Below the pieces are notes generated by a model that did no database searches, was not told the DNA's origin, and saw only the letters and a program-made list of their open reading frames with translations. A stretch of DNA of 36,438 bases from Firmicutes bacterium UBA4053 (GTDB lineage Bacteria; Bacillota; Desulfotomaculia; Desulfotomaculales; Nap2-2B): assembly GCA_002382125.1 (NCBI GenBank), contig DFZP01000019.1, positions 1-36,438 of the forward strand, in the 5' to 3' direction. Numbering within the stretch: position 1 is the first letter of the stretch; each line of letters opens with the position of its first letter. A program made the position numbers and the translations under genes. This document shows, one piece after another, positions 1 through 8,243 of this stretch.

Positions 1-15
1 TCACCCTCACCCTGA

Positions 16-38
16 CCCTCTCCCTGAAAGGGAGAGGG
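16..38. repeat. Perfect 10-bp inverted repeat (ccctctccct-gaa-agggagaggg), a stem-loop at the window edge
   Basis: Read directly from the sequence. Arms are 16-25 and 29-38 with a 3-nt loop. No T-run follows, so its role (terminator of an upstream gene or a structural element) is unknown. Confidence 0.5.
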
Positions 39-91
39 AAGTAATAAGCACGATTTTCCAGAAAGAGGAAACGGTTAGGGAGGTTTTGCTG

Positions 92-241
92 GTGGAAAAT
101 ATTTTACAGGCTGTTGGGAATGTTGGTTTTCCTATTGCGGTGGCTGCTTATCTTTTGGTGCGCATTGAGGGCAAGCTGGAGGGTTTGACCGCCAGCATTG
201 CCGAACTTGCCCGGGCTATCGAGGCAGGCCAAAGCAAATAG
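92..241 (+). CDS. Small YvrJ-family protein (49 aa)
   Basis: GTG start at 92, preceded by an AGGGAGG SD at 77-83 with 8-nt spacing. The translation is VENILQAVGNVGFPIAVAAYLLVRIEGKLEGLTASIAELARAIEAGQSK, and the 'GNVGFPI..YLLVRIE.KL' core matches my memory of the YvrJ family. It is not in the ORF track because it is under 60 aa. The frame stays open to the window edge, so a longer N-terminus cannot be excluded. Confidence 0.6.
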   Translation: MENILQAVGNVGFPIAVAAYLLVRIEGKLEGLTASIAELARAIEAGQSK

Positions 242-242
242 A

Positions 243-308
243 GCCCGGGTGAAGGTGACGCGCCCGGGCAGTTTTGCCCCCCCCCTTAATCAGGGGGGTG
301 TTTTTTTA
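243..308 (+). terminator. Two tandem intrinsic-terminator hairpins after the yvrJ-like gene
   Basis: Hairpin 1 pairs gcccggg (243-249) with cccgggc (263-269) and is followed by agtttt. Hairpin 2 pairs a C-run (277-285) with GGGGGG (293-298) and is followed by tgttttttt. Confidence 0.65.
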
Positions 309-676
309 TTTAACCCCATAAGCTCGAACCCGTCCCCATTGCTCTTAATCAGGTCACGACGTTTTACTGACATCTTCTATGCTTCGACAGGAATTTGTTC
401 AAATTTATAATCATTCCTCGCTGTGCTCAAGGCACAAAAAATCATGAAAAAATTTCTTTTAAGCCAGGCCTCCATGAGATATAATTTAATTAACAGAAAA
501 ACGAAAGGGCGGACGACTTTTGCCGGTAAAAGACATTTATGACCGCAGCCTAAAAATTTTAGCCAAACAGTACCGACGTGTTGAAATCCTTATTCAAAAA
601 AAGCATTAAGGTACCCAACCTGGAAGAGTTTGTCATACTCCTGCAAGAAGTAGAAGAAGAATAAAGTACCCAAAAT

Positions 677-1036
677 ATGGAGGTAAGAATAGTGGAGCAC
701 AATAAAGAACACGCAGATACGAAAAAACTTGCAGCACAGGTGATAAGACTAATCAATCTGGCTGATTATCAGGAGGGTTCTGTGGTAAGCAGGACGATAA
801 TTGACAAAAAGACAGGAACAGTAACCTTTTTCGCATTTGATGAAGGACAAGGCTTGAGCGAGCATACGGCGCCATTCGATGCCCTGGTTTATCTTCTTGA
901 CGGTGAGGCTGAAATTTTTATCTCCGGTCAACCTCTTCGCTTGAAGGAGGGTGAAATGACCATAATGCCGGCAGGTCAACCACATGCACTAAGAGCAGTG
1001 AAGAAATTCAAGATGATTTTAATAATGATACGATAG
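677..1036 (+). CDS. Small single-domain cupin protein (cupin_2-like)
   Basis: Cupin motifs are present: 'GQGLSEHTAPFDALVYLLDGEAEI' and 'MPAGQPHALRA'. An in-frame GTG at 692 has a better SD (GGAGG at 679-683, 8-nt spacing) and may be the true start. Confidence 0.85.
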   Translation: MEVRIVEHNKEHADTKKLAAQVIRLINLADYQEGSVVSRTIIDKKTGTVTFFAFDEGQGLSEHTAPFDALVYLLDGEAEIFISGQPLRLKEGEMTIMPAGQPHALRAVKKFKMILIMIR

Positions 1037-1077
1037 GTCACGCAGATTAATGGTAACTACTGTGAAGCGCCGGCAGT

Positions 1078-1866
1078 TCAGCTTATCCCGTTGATGAATT
1101 CCAGAATCTCGCCTGCCGGTATGGCTACTCCTTGTTGTTTAGAATGATCAGGATCATCTTTTTGATGAATACTGCCGAACACTACGCCAACAACCTTTTT
1201 GTCTTCATCAAAGACGGGGCTCCCGCTATTCCCGGGATGAACAGGCGCATCGATTACAAAAACGGGCGCCGGACAACCGGAAACTCTTATAAAAGCAGAA
1301 ATGGCTCCTTCCATGATCACATTGCCAATACCCAGCGGATTACCGATGATGAATACTTTATCCCCCACTTTAGCCTTCTTTTCTGTGTTCACAGTTGCAG
1401 CCGGCAAACCTTCAGCCTCCAGATAAATCAAAGCCAGATCCAGATCCGGGCTGGTTTTGTAGCTTTTGGCCGGATAGGTTTTTCCACCGGAAAAAGTAAC
1501 CGTTATACTTACAGCATCAGAAAGTACATGCCGGTTAGTTACAATCGTCCCATCCGGCGATATATTAAAACCGGTTCCGGATTTCTGCCCGGCAATAACC
1601 CTGCCCGGCATGGAAACAACGTTGATCTGAACCACATATTGTTTTAATTGGTTAACGGGTAGATCTTTACTTAATTCTTTCGACCGGGATAAAAAGTCCA
1701 GGGAAGGCAATGTCAAGTCCGGCCATGTCGTCAGGAAGACAAGACCAATAAAAGCTAATAAAGTAAAAAAGGCCAGTATACGGATAAAAACCGGCCTTTT
1801 ATTTTTTTCCTCTTGTTCCTGGTCGTGGTCAGGGAAAAATTGCTGATCATCTGTCGGCTTAAGCAC
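1078..1866 (-). CDS. Membrane-anchored trypsin-like serine protease (S1C/HtrA-like catalytic domain, no PDZ domain)
   Basis: GTG start with AAAGGAGA SD. There is an N-terminal TM helix (VFIRILAFFTLLAFIGLVFLTTW). The catalytic motifs are 'TNRHV', 'DLALI' and 'GNSGSPVF'. Confidence 0.85.
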   Translation of the reverse strand: MLKPTDDQQFFPDHDQEQEEKNKRPVFIRILAFFTLLAFIGLVFLTTWPDLTLPSLDFLSRSKELSKDLPVNQLKQYVVQINVVSMPGRVIAGQKSGTGFNISPDGTIVTNRHVLSDAVSITVTFSGGKTYPAKSYKTSPDLDLALIYLEAEGLPAATVNTEKKAKVGDKVFIIGNPLGIGNVIMEGAISAFIRVSGCPAPVFVIDAPVHPGNSGSPVFDEDKKVVGVVFGSIHQKDDPDHSKQQGVAIPAGEILEFINGIS

Positions 1867-1931
1867 GCCAGAATCATCTCCTTTTTTCCTTAAAGCCTAA
1901 AAAGACCGGGAAAGATATGACCATAAAAAAA

Positions 1932-2714
1932 CTATAATCCTCTAAATACAGGCTGGCGTTTTTCCAGAAAGGCAGTCATCCCTTCTTTTCTGTCTTCAGT
2001 AGCATACAACACGCCAAACAAATCAGCCTCATGAGCCAAAGCCTTATCTAAATCCATTTCCAGTCCTTCATTTACTGCCTCCTTGATTAACTGAACAGCC
2101 AGGGGCCCGTTGACCGCAATACGGACAGCCATTTGCCGGCAGAAGTCAAGCAACTGCCCAGACGGCGCCACATGGTTCACCAGACCGATGCGGCAGGCTG
2201 TCTGTGCATCGCACTGATCACCGGTAAGCAGGATTTCCTTGGCCAAACCCGGATTTACCAGCCTGGTCAGGCGTTGAGTTCCCCCAAAACCAGGCATTAC
2301 TCCCAGCTTAACTTCAGGCAGACCCAGCTTTGCCTTCTCCGAGGCAACCCGAATATCGCAGGACATGGCCAATTCACAACCCCCACCCAGGGCAAAACCA
2401 TTAATTGCCGCAATCACAGGTTTGGGAAAGTTTTCAATTCTGTTCAGTATTTTATGGCCCTGGCGGATAAAACTTCTGGCCTCAAGAGGCGTAAGTTTAT
2501 TCATGAAAGCAATGTCTGCCCCCACTACAAAAGACCGCTCACCAGCACCGGTTATTATAACAGCCCTTACCTCCGGGTCGGTCTCCATTTGTTCCATCGC
2601 TTCCCCAATTTCCTCTACGGTTTCGCCATTTAAGGCATTTAGAACTTCAGGACGGTTAATGGTGAGGATGGCAATATTCTGTTCTTTTTCTACTTTAATG
2701 TTATTCCAGGCCAA
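1932..2714 (-). CDS. Short-chain enoyl-CoA hydratase (crotonase)
   Basis: TTG start with GTGGGGTG SD. Crotonase motifs are 'ILTINRPEVLNALN', 'VVGADI', 'PVIAAINGFALGGGCELAMSCD' and a C-terminal 'FLEKRQPVFRGL'. Confidence 0.9.
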   Translation of the reverse strand: MAWNNIKVEKEQNIAILTINRPEVLNALNGETVEEIGEAMEQMETDPEVRAVIITGAGERSFVVGADIAFMNKLTPLEARSFIRQGHKILNRIENFPKPVIAAINGFALGGGCELAMSCDIRVASEKAKLGLPEVKLGVMPGFGGTQRLTRLVNPGLAKEILLTGDQCDAQTACRIGLVNHVAPSGQLLDFCRQMAVRIAVNGPLAVQLIKEAVNEGLEMDLDKALAHEADLFGVLYATEDRKEGMTAFLEKRQPVFRGL

Positions 2715-2732
2715 GTTTCATGCACCCCACTA

Positions 2733-4025
2733 CTATTTTCTTTCCACTATCATGGCCATTCCCTGTCCCCCACCGATGCACATGGTTATAAGACCATGCT
2801 GCAAATTGCTGCGCTTCATCTCATGCATAATAGTAACAACCAGCCTTGCTCCCGTGCAACCAATAGGATGCCCCAAAGATATGCCGCTCCCGCTCGGGTT
2901 GGTATTATCAAGACTCATACCAAGTTCCCGCATACAGGCAATTGCCTGGGAGGCAAACGCTTCATTGAGCTCAATTACATCCATGTCTCCAATGGTAAGC
3001 CCTGCTTTCTTGAACGCTTTCCTTACCGCCGGGATAGGACCCAGACCCATATAAGCCGGGTCTACTCCACCTGAAGCATAGGACTTAATGGTTAACAAGG
3101 GCTCAATCCCCAATTCCCTGGCTTTATCAGAAGACATCAGTACCACGGCGGCAGCCGCATCATTAAGGCCCGAGGAATTGCCGGCAGTAACTGACCCATC
3201 CTTGCGAAACGCAGGGGAAAGCCTGGCCATTTTATCCAGGCTGGTATCCATGGGGCGCTCGTCGGTATCAAACATGACGGGCTCACCCTTTTTTTGAGGA
3301 ATAGGTACAGGAACAATTTCCTGCCTGAAAATGCCTTCTTTTATAGCAGCCCTGGCCCGCTGGTGGCTAAGCAGACCTAACTCGTCCTGCTCCTGACGGC
3401 TAATACTGTATTTGGCTGCAATATTCTCCGCAGTATTCCCCATGTGATAGCCATAAAATATTTCCCAGAGACCGTCAAATACCATCAGGTCTACACATTC
3501 TCCCTTAGCGTCAACATCCATCCGGTAACCCCAACGGGCCCTTGGCAGAATATAGGGAGCACAGCTCATGTTCTCCATTCCGCCGGCCACTACCACATCT
3601 GCTTCACCTAACATTATTGCCTGCGCCCCCAGGACAATGGCCTTTAGTCCTGAAGCACAAACTTTATTTACAGTAAATGCATTTGTTTCCTTAGAGACAC
3701 CCGCGTAAATAGTCGCTTGCCGGGCGGGGTTCTGCCCCTGCCCACTCTGGAGAACATTACCCATAATAACTTCATCAACCTGAACCTCACGCAGTGAAGC
3801 ATCCCAATCGTAATAGGACTTCTCCAGCTCCGCCAGTTCATTTCCTTTCAGGACTTCAGGAGCAAAGCTTAAAAGCTCCCCGCCGGGCTTTGGTTTAAGG
3901 CCGGCCCGTTTTAGTGACTCTTTTATTACCAGGCTGCCCAGCCTGACAGCAGGTATATCCTTTAAAGAACCTCCAAAAGTACCAATCGCCGTCCTTGTGC
4001 CACTGACAATAACTACTTCTTTCAT
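2733..4025 (-). CDS. Acetyl-CoA C-acetyltransferase (thiolase II) carrying a ~37-aa insertion
   Basis: Start refined to the ATG at 4025 (MKEVVIVSGTRTAIG), which has an AGGAGG SD. The ORF-track start at 4055 lacks an SD. Thiolase motifs are 'VNKVCASGLKA', 'NEAFA', 'GHPIGCTGAR' and 'CIGGGQG'. Confidence 0.95.
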   Translation of the reverse strand: MKEVVIVSGTRTAIGTFGGSLKDIPAVRLGSLVIKESLKRAGLKPKPGGELLSFAPEVLKGNELAELEKSYYDWDASLREVQVDEVIMGNVLQSGQGQNPARQATIYAGVSKETNAFTVNKVCASGLKAIVLGAQAIMLGEADVVVAGGMENMSCAPYILPRARWGYRMDVDAKGECVDLMVFDGLWEIFYGYHMGNTAENIAAKYSISRQEQDELGLLSHQRARAAIKEGIFRQEIVPVPIPQKKGEPVMFDTDERPMDTSLDKMARLSPAFRKDGSVTAGNSSGLNDAAAAVVLMSSDKARELGIEPLLTIKSYASGGVDPAYMGLGPIPAVRKAFKKAGLTIGDMDVIELNEAFASQAIACMRELGMSLDNTNPSGSGISLGHPIGCTGARLVVTIMHEMKRSNLQHGLITMCIGGGQGMAMIVERK

Positions 4026-4209
4026 TACCTCTAACCTCCTTAATAGATACAGCAACTCTTAGTATCCAATGCTTCCTGAATTATAACAAACCAGGCATTA
4101 TAACGCAACAACAAAAAGTCCTGCATACTGCTGTTGTCTTTTAAGAAGTTACAAGAGACGATTAAAACCGTCCCCATGGCTCCGCTAACTTTTAAATTAC
4201 GCTGTAGTG

Positions 4210-5097
4210 CTAAGAGCGCAACTGGAATATCCTTTCCACGCCTCCTGCTCTTTCCAGGTAACCGGTTATTCCTTCCGGTTCGTAAACGTATTTATTAAGG
4301 TAATTATTAAAGGTGTCCTTCTCTTTACCCGCTGCTATATATAACCTTAAATGCTCTTCGTCATAGTTATAATAACCATGAGAAGAACAGGGGTGAGAGC
4401 CAAAAGGAACCTTTGTTACAAGCGTTACGAGATGACAGGGAATTGTCGTCCGGAAAGGATCCCGTAAAATGGTTTCGTGAGAAATAACTTCTTCAACAGT
4501 AACAATAACCTTTTCAGAAGCCGCAGCAAGCAAATTATCCATGAATACGGAACCATGATGCTGGATATTCCCATAAGGATCTGAACGTTGGGCATGAATA
4601 ATAGTTACATCCGGGTGAAGAGGAGGAACGGCAATCATTTCGGTACCGGTAACAGGTTCTTTAAATACCTTAAGATAAGGGTTGACTTTCAATAAATCTG
4701 AGCCCAGGCCGGATTTTGTAACCTCACAGGGCAGCTTCCTTGCTGCCGCCTGAAGACCGCAGAAAATATGAGTGTCGTCATAATCAATCACTTCAATTTC
4801 ACCGTTTTCGATTTTCTTACGATAATTCGGCAGAATCGGAGCAAGCCACTCCGCCCCCACATAATTTGCCAGGATTTTTTTAACACATCCCGCGCCAATC
4901 AAAAGATCGGTTTCAATACTGCCACCGGGGGCAACCGGTAAAATCGTAAGATCTTTAACTTTCCTGCGAATAATCTCCCTTACCAATTCCATTGGACGGT
5001 TGTGAATCATAAACCCGCCAATGGCCAAAAAACAACCATCCTTTATTTCAGAAACAGCTTCCCGCATTGAAACTATCTTTTTCTTTCGCTCCGGCAT
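4210..5097 (-). CDS. Family I CoA-transferase, subunit A (glutaconate/3-oxoacid CoA-transferase type)
   Basis: Start refined to the ATG at 5097 (MPERKKK), with GAAAGGAGAG SD 9 nt upstream. 'MREAVSEIKDGCFLAIGGF' is the typical A-subunit N-terminus. Confidence 0.85.
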   Translation of the reverse strand: MPERKKKIVSMREAVSEIKDGCFLAIGGFMIHNRPMELVREIIRRKVKDLTILPVAPGGSIETDLLIGAGCVKKILANYVGAEWLAPILPNYRKKIENGEIEVIDYDDTHIFCGLQAAARKLPCEVTKSGLGSDLLKVNPYLKVFKEPVTGTEMIAVPPLHPDVTIIHAQRSDPYGNIQHHGSVFMDNLLAAASEKVIVTVEEVISHETILRDPFRTTIPCHLVTLVTKVPFGSHPCSSHGYYNYDEEHLRLYIAAGKEKDTFNNYLNKYVYEPEGITGYLERAGGVERIFQLRS

Positions 5098-5142
5098 ACG
5101 CTTGGTCTCTCCTTTCACAAATAACTGATTTCCTTACACCCC

Positions 5143-5916
5143 TTACTCTCTTAGAACACCATAGGGATCAACAGCTTCCCTGAGCAGCTTCATTTCTTCC
5201 CGGGAAGGAGGAACCGTTTCCGTTACGGAGGCAGGAACAACCAGATCAAAACCCGTGTTCTCACGCAGCCTGATCAGGCTTACACCCGGATGAAGAGATT
5301 TTACGCGCATTGCTTTGGTTTCTTCTTCAAAATCAAAAACTCCCAAAGGACTAACCACCAGTCTGGGACCTCCTGCTACAAGGCCGGCTTCTTCCCTGCT
5401 TTTCCCGCCATTAAGGTAACCTACCCCCACAAGAAAGTCCACCTTCTCCACGAAAGACATTTTATCGTGCCTGGTCATATAAATAAAATACTTGATGGGA
5501 AGAGCACTGACATAACATAATCCCGCACAGCCGGGTCCTCTTAAACGGGGGCGGTTATAATCACCAATCACCGCTAGATTCAAGTTGCCGTATTGATCAA
5601 CCTGAATACCTCCGGCAAAGAAAAAATTATAATGGGGAATGGAGTAAAAGAGAGCATCATTTAAATCCAGGACTGCTTCGGCTCCTTCAATATTCCTGTA
5701 ATCAGTAGACGAATGATAAAGGGGCCCCTTGGGATTTAAGAAACTGGTTGCACTGCACCACCAATTAAGATTTGGAGCGTGCATCAATCGGGCCAGCTTG
5801 CACGCGGCCATAGGGATCTCGGAATAGGCGGCTGGTTCTCCAACTTCTCCATCATTTAATTCTCTCGCTAAAACAACGGCCATGAGTTCCTGTGTAGTAT
5901 AATTATTTTCATTCAT
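5143..5916 (-). CDS. Family I CoA-transferase, subunit B
   Basis: 'YTTQELMAVVLARELNDGEV' is the typical B-subunit N-terminus. The SD is GAGAGGGGG. This gene lies upstream of subunit A, so the order is B then A. Confidence 0.85.
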   Translation of the reverse strand: MNENNYTTQELMAVVLARELNDGEVGEPAAYSEIPMAACKLARLMHAPNLNWWCSATSFLNPKGPLYHSSTDYRNIEGAEAVLDLNDALFYSIPHYNFFFAGGIQVDQYGNLNLAVIGDYNRPRLRGPGCAGLCYVSALPIKYFIYMTRHDKMSFVEKVDFLVGVGYLNGGKSREEAGLVAGGPRLVVSPLGVFDFEEETKAMRVKSLHPGVSLIRLRENTGFDLVVPASVTETVPPSREEMKLLREAVDPYGVLRE

Positions 5917-5978
5917 TAATTTGCCCCCTCTCTTAATATTTTGAAAACATATTCCATCTTTTAAGGCTATGTCTGAAA

Positions 5979-6008
5979 ATTATAAGGTATCACAGGAACG
6001 GTTGGCAA
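5979..6008 (-). promoter_or_regulatory. Candidate sigma-A promoter inside the catabolic gene string, upstream of CoA-transferase B
   Basis: On the minus strand: TTGCCA (6003-6008), an 18-nt spacer, then TATAAT (5979-5984). Confidence 0.45.
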
Positions 6009-6044
6009 ACCGCTCCTGCTGCAAGACAAAACAAAAAACTTTTT

Positions 6045-6806
6045 TTAGGACCTCGCCTTACTAAAAAACTTGCGCACTAAATTTATATGAACTTCCGACT
6101 GAATACAAGTCAATTGGGTAAGCATTTCAGCATACAGACAGTTCTCCAGGCTTTCGTTGGCATTTAAAGCCAACAAGTACTTCAGGCGGGCCAAAGTCTC
6201 GGCAGGTTTACCCGCCACTTCCCTGGCCACTTCATAAACTGCCGGTAACAACTCTTCGGCCTTGACTACAGCGTTAACAAGGCCAAGGTCATACGCCTCC
6301 TGAGCGCTGATAATCTTGCCCGTGAAAAGTATTTCCCTCACCTTGCACGGTGATAATGCCCGCTGCAACAAATAAGTGCCGCCCACGCTGGAAATCAGGC
6401 CTACATTAATAAAGACCTCAGAAAACTTAGCTGTCTCGGAAGCATAAATCATATCACAGGCCAGAGCGTAATTCATTGCCACTCCCATTGCCGGCCCGTT
6501 AACAGCAGCAATAACCGGCTTTGTCAACCTGGAAAGCTTTCTGGTAACATCATGGAATGACTGCAGCCTGAACATCTCATCCGTACTTTCCGTCAAAGAT
6601 TCACTAATATCTCCCCCCGGTGAAAATGCTCTTCCCTTTCCGGTTATAACCAGTACCCGCAGATCCTCGTTATCTTGAAAATAATCAATTGCCTGGTTTA
6701 ACTCAACAGTCATCTGAACATTAATTGAGTTAAGCGATTCCGGACGGTTGAGTGTAAGGGTCAAAATGTGTTCGTTTTCTTCTGAAATCAAAGTTTCATA
6801 AGTCAT
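6045..6806 (-). CDS. Enoyl-CoA hydratase/isomerase family protein
   Basis: Motifs are 'LTLNRPESLNS', 'FSPGGDI' and 'KPVIAAVNGPAMGVAMNYALACD'. The SD is AAAGGATGG. The oxyanion-hole GGG is replaced by GVA, so this is a divergent member. Confidence 0.85.
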   Translation of the reverse strand: MTYETLISEENEHILTLTLNRPESLNSINVQMTVELNQAIDYFQDNEDLRVLVITGKGRAFSPGGDISESLTESTDEMFRLQSFHDVTRKLSRLTKPVIAAVNGPAMGVAMNYALACDMIYASETAKFSEVFINVGLISSVGGTYLLQRALSPCKVREILFTGKIISAQEAYDLGLVNAVVKAEELLPAVYEVAREVAGKPAETLARLKYLLALNANESLENCLYAEMLTQLTCIQSEVHINLVRKFFSKARS

Positions 6807-6833
6807 GAAAAACCATCCTTTACTTATTTTCCT

Positions 6834-7058
6834 TTATAAACCGGTATAAACCGGCTTTCTCTTTTCCAAGAAAGCTTTTATGCCTTCCTTCATATCTTCA
6901 TTGGCAAGCGCCATTGCCAGTTCCAAGCCGCCACCAAACGCAAAACCGTTAACGGCCGCGATAACCGGTTTTCCAGGATTCTCGATTTTGTTCATCAGCA
7001 AGAGTTTTGTATTCTGCCGTTTCATAATCCCCCCTTCATTTAAGTAAATATTTAACAA
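6834..7058 (-). pseudogene. Crotonase remnant that has lost its N-terminus and carries an internal deletion
   Basis: The translation joins the crotonase core 'KPVIAAVNGFAFGGGLELAMA' directly to the family C-terminus 'EDMKEGIKAFLEKRKPVYTGL'. Roughly 85 N-terminal and 110 internal residues of a normal ~260-aa crotonase are missing (compare the intact paralog at 1932-2714). Confidence 0.6.
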
Positions 7059-7261
7059 TTGTTTTCGCTAAAAAATTTCTCTCTCCCCTTCATTATTCAC
7101 TAATTTTTATTAATTTCCTTCTGAACAATAATAAAAAATTATATATTTATATTTATTCAGCAGGCACAACCGGCAGGAAAAATTGAACCAGCGTAGAATG
7201 AGAATCTTATAAAATACAAAGTAAATCAAATAAAATTAAGGCTAAGGAGGGATTTGTTTTA

Positions 7262-7702
7262 ATGACATCAGGCGCTTCGAACCTGAAAAACTTCCACGAA
7301 ATAGAGGTGGGTTTTGAACTTCCACCGGTACAAAAGAAAGTTGCACAAAAGACAATCGACACATACGCGCAAGCCTCGGGCGACTTCAACCCCTTGCATA
7401 TCGACCCGGAGTTCGCCAGCAAAACAATGTTCAAAGGAACAATCGCCCATGGATTGTTAAGTCTCGGTTATATTTCGGAAATGATGGCCAACTTTTTTGC
7501 AGACGGCTGGTATTCCGGTAGTAACATGGAAGTAAGTTTTCTTGCTCCTGTTCGACCGGGTGATAATGTTACCACTACAGGCAGGATAAAATCCAAAGAG
7601 GTCAAAGACAATAAAGGGATTGTAACCTGCGAGGTCGCTTGCATTAACGAAGAAGGCGCTATGGTTATAGCAGGAACAGCAGCAGCCACGGTCAACCTTT
7701 AA
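7262..7702 (+). CDS. MaoC-like (R)-specific enoyl-CoA hydratase, hot-dog fold
   Basis: AAGGAGG SD. The MaoC dehydratase motif 'GDFNPLHIDPEFA...GTIAHGLL' is present. Confidence 0.85.
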   Translation: MTSGASNLKNFHEIEVGFELPPVQKKVAQKTIDTYAQASGDFNPLHIDPEFASKTMFKGTIAHGLLSLGYISEMMANFFADGWYSGSNMEVSFLAPVRPGDNVTTTGRIKSKEVKDNKGIVTCEVACINEEGAMVIAGTAAATVNL

Positions 7703-7723
7703 GGACTAAGGAGGTAATTTTTC

Positions 7724-8161
7724 ATGGAACAGGAAAAAACCATATATTATGATGACATGGTAGTAGGACGCGAGTTTAAACCTTATGAATATACCATGAC
7801 AGAAGAAACAATACGCAAATATGCAGAAGCAATAGAAGACAAAAACCCACTTTATAACGATGAAGAGACTGCGAAAGAATCACTCTACGGAGGTATTATC
7901 GCACCCCCTACCAGCGCAGCCATCTACAGCATTTTCGCTTATAAAACAGAAGGCAAAACTCCTCCGGGAGGTATCCATGCCAGGCAAAAATTTGAGTTCG
8001 TTAAACCTGTGCTTCCCGGCGATCGTCTTGAGATAATAGCCCGGGTAAAAGATAAATTCATCAGAAAAGAGCGCAAGTACGTGATTCTTGATGTAACCAC
8101 TACCAATCAAAAAGGAGAGGTAGTGGTCCGGAGCGAAATGACAGCACTCTGGTCCCAATGA
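7724..8161 (+). CDS. MaoC_N-type hot-dog protein, probably the partner subunit of the preceding hydratase
   Basis: AAGGAGG SD, 21 nt after the previous stop. 'YAEAIEDKNPLYNDEE...GGIIAPP' is typical of the non-catalytic or N-terminal half of heteromeric MaoC hydratases. Confidence 0.75.
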   Translation: MEQEKTIYYDDMVVGREFKPYEYTMTEETIRKYAEAIEDKNPLYNDEETAKESLYGGIIAPPTSAAIYSIFAYKTEGKTPPGGIHARQKFEFVKPVLPGDRLEIIARVKDKFIRKERKYVILDVTTTNQKGEVVVRSEMTALWSQ

Positions 8162-8180
8162 TATTGAGCGCCTGAAAAAG

Positions 8181-8212
8181 CAGGAAGTGGTCAGGCAGTG
8201 GCCAGGCAGTGG
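8181..8212. repeat. Three tandem copies of an ~11-bp unit (caggaagtgg / tcaggcagtgg / ccaggcagtgg)
   Basis: Read directly from the sequence, in the intergenic space between the convergent MaoC and PaaX-like genes. Confidence 0.6.
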
Positions 8213-8243
8213 CTATCAAGGTTACGAATTAAGAAGGGGATTT

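Noticed and set aside
198-410. 70-aa ORF on the plus strand (MPNLPGLSRQAKANRARV...)
   Set aside because: It starts inside the yvrJ-like gene in another frame and runs through both terminator hairpins. It has no SD and a low-complexity composition, so it is most likely non-coding.
559-756. 65-aa minus-strand ORF overlapping the cupin start
   Set aside because: It is antisense to the cupin 5' end, has no SD and resembles no family. It is a shadow ORF.
1132-3297. Several 70-230-aa plus-strand ORFs (1132-1647, 2133-2633, 2365-3054, 2796-3074, 3088-3297)
   Set aside because: All lie antisense within well-supported protease, crotonase and thiolase genes. Their translations are low-complexity with no motifs. 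These are typical shadow ORFs.
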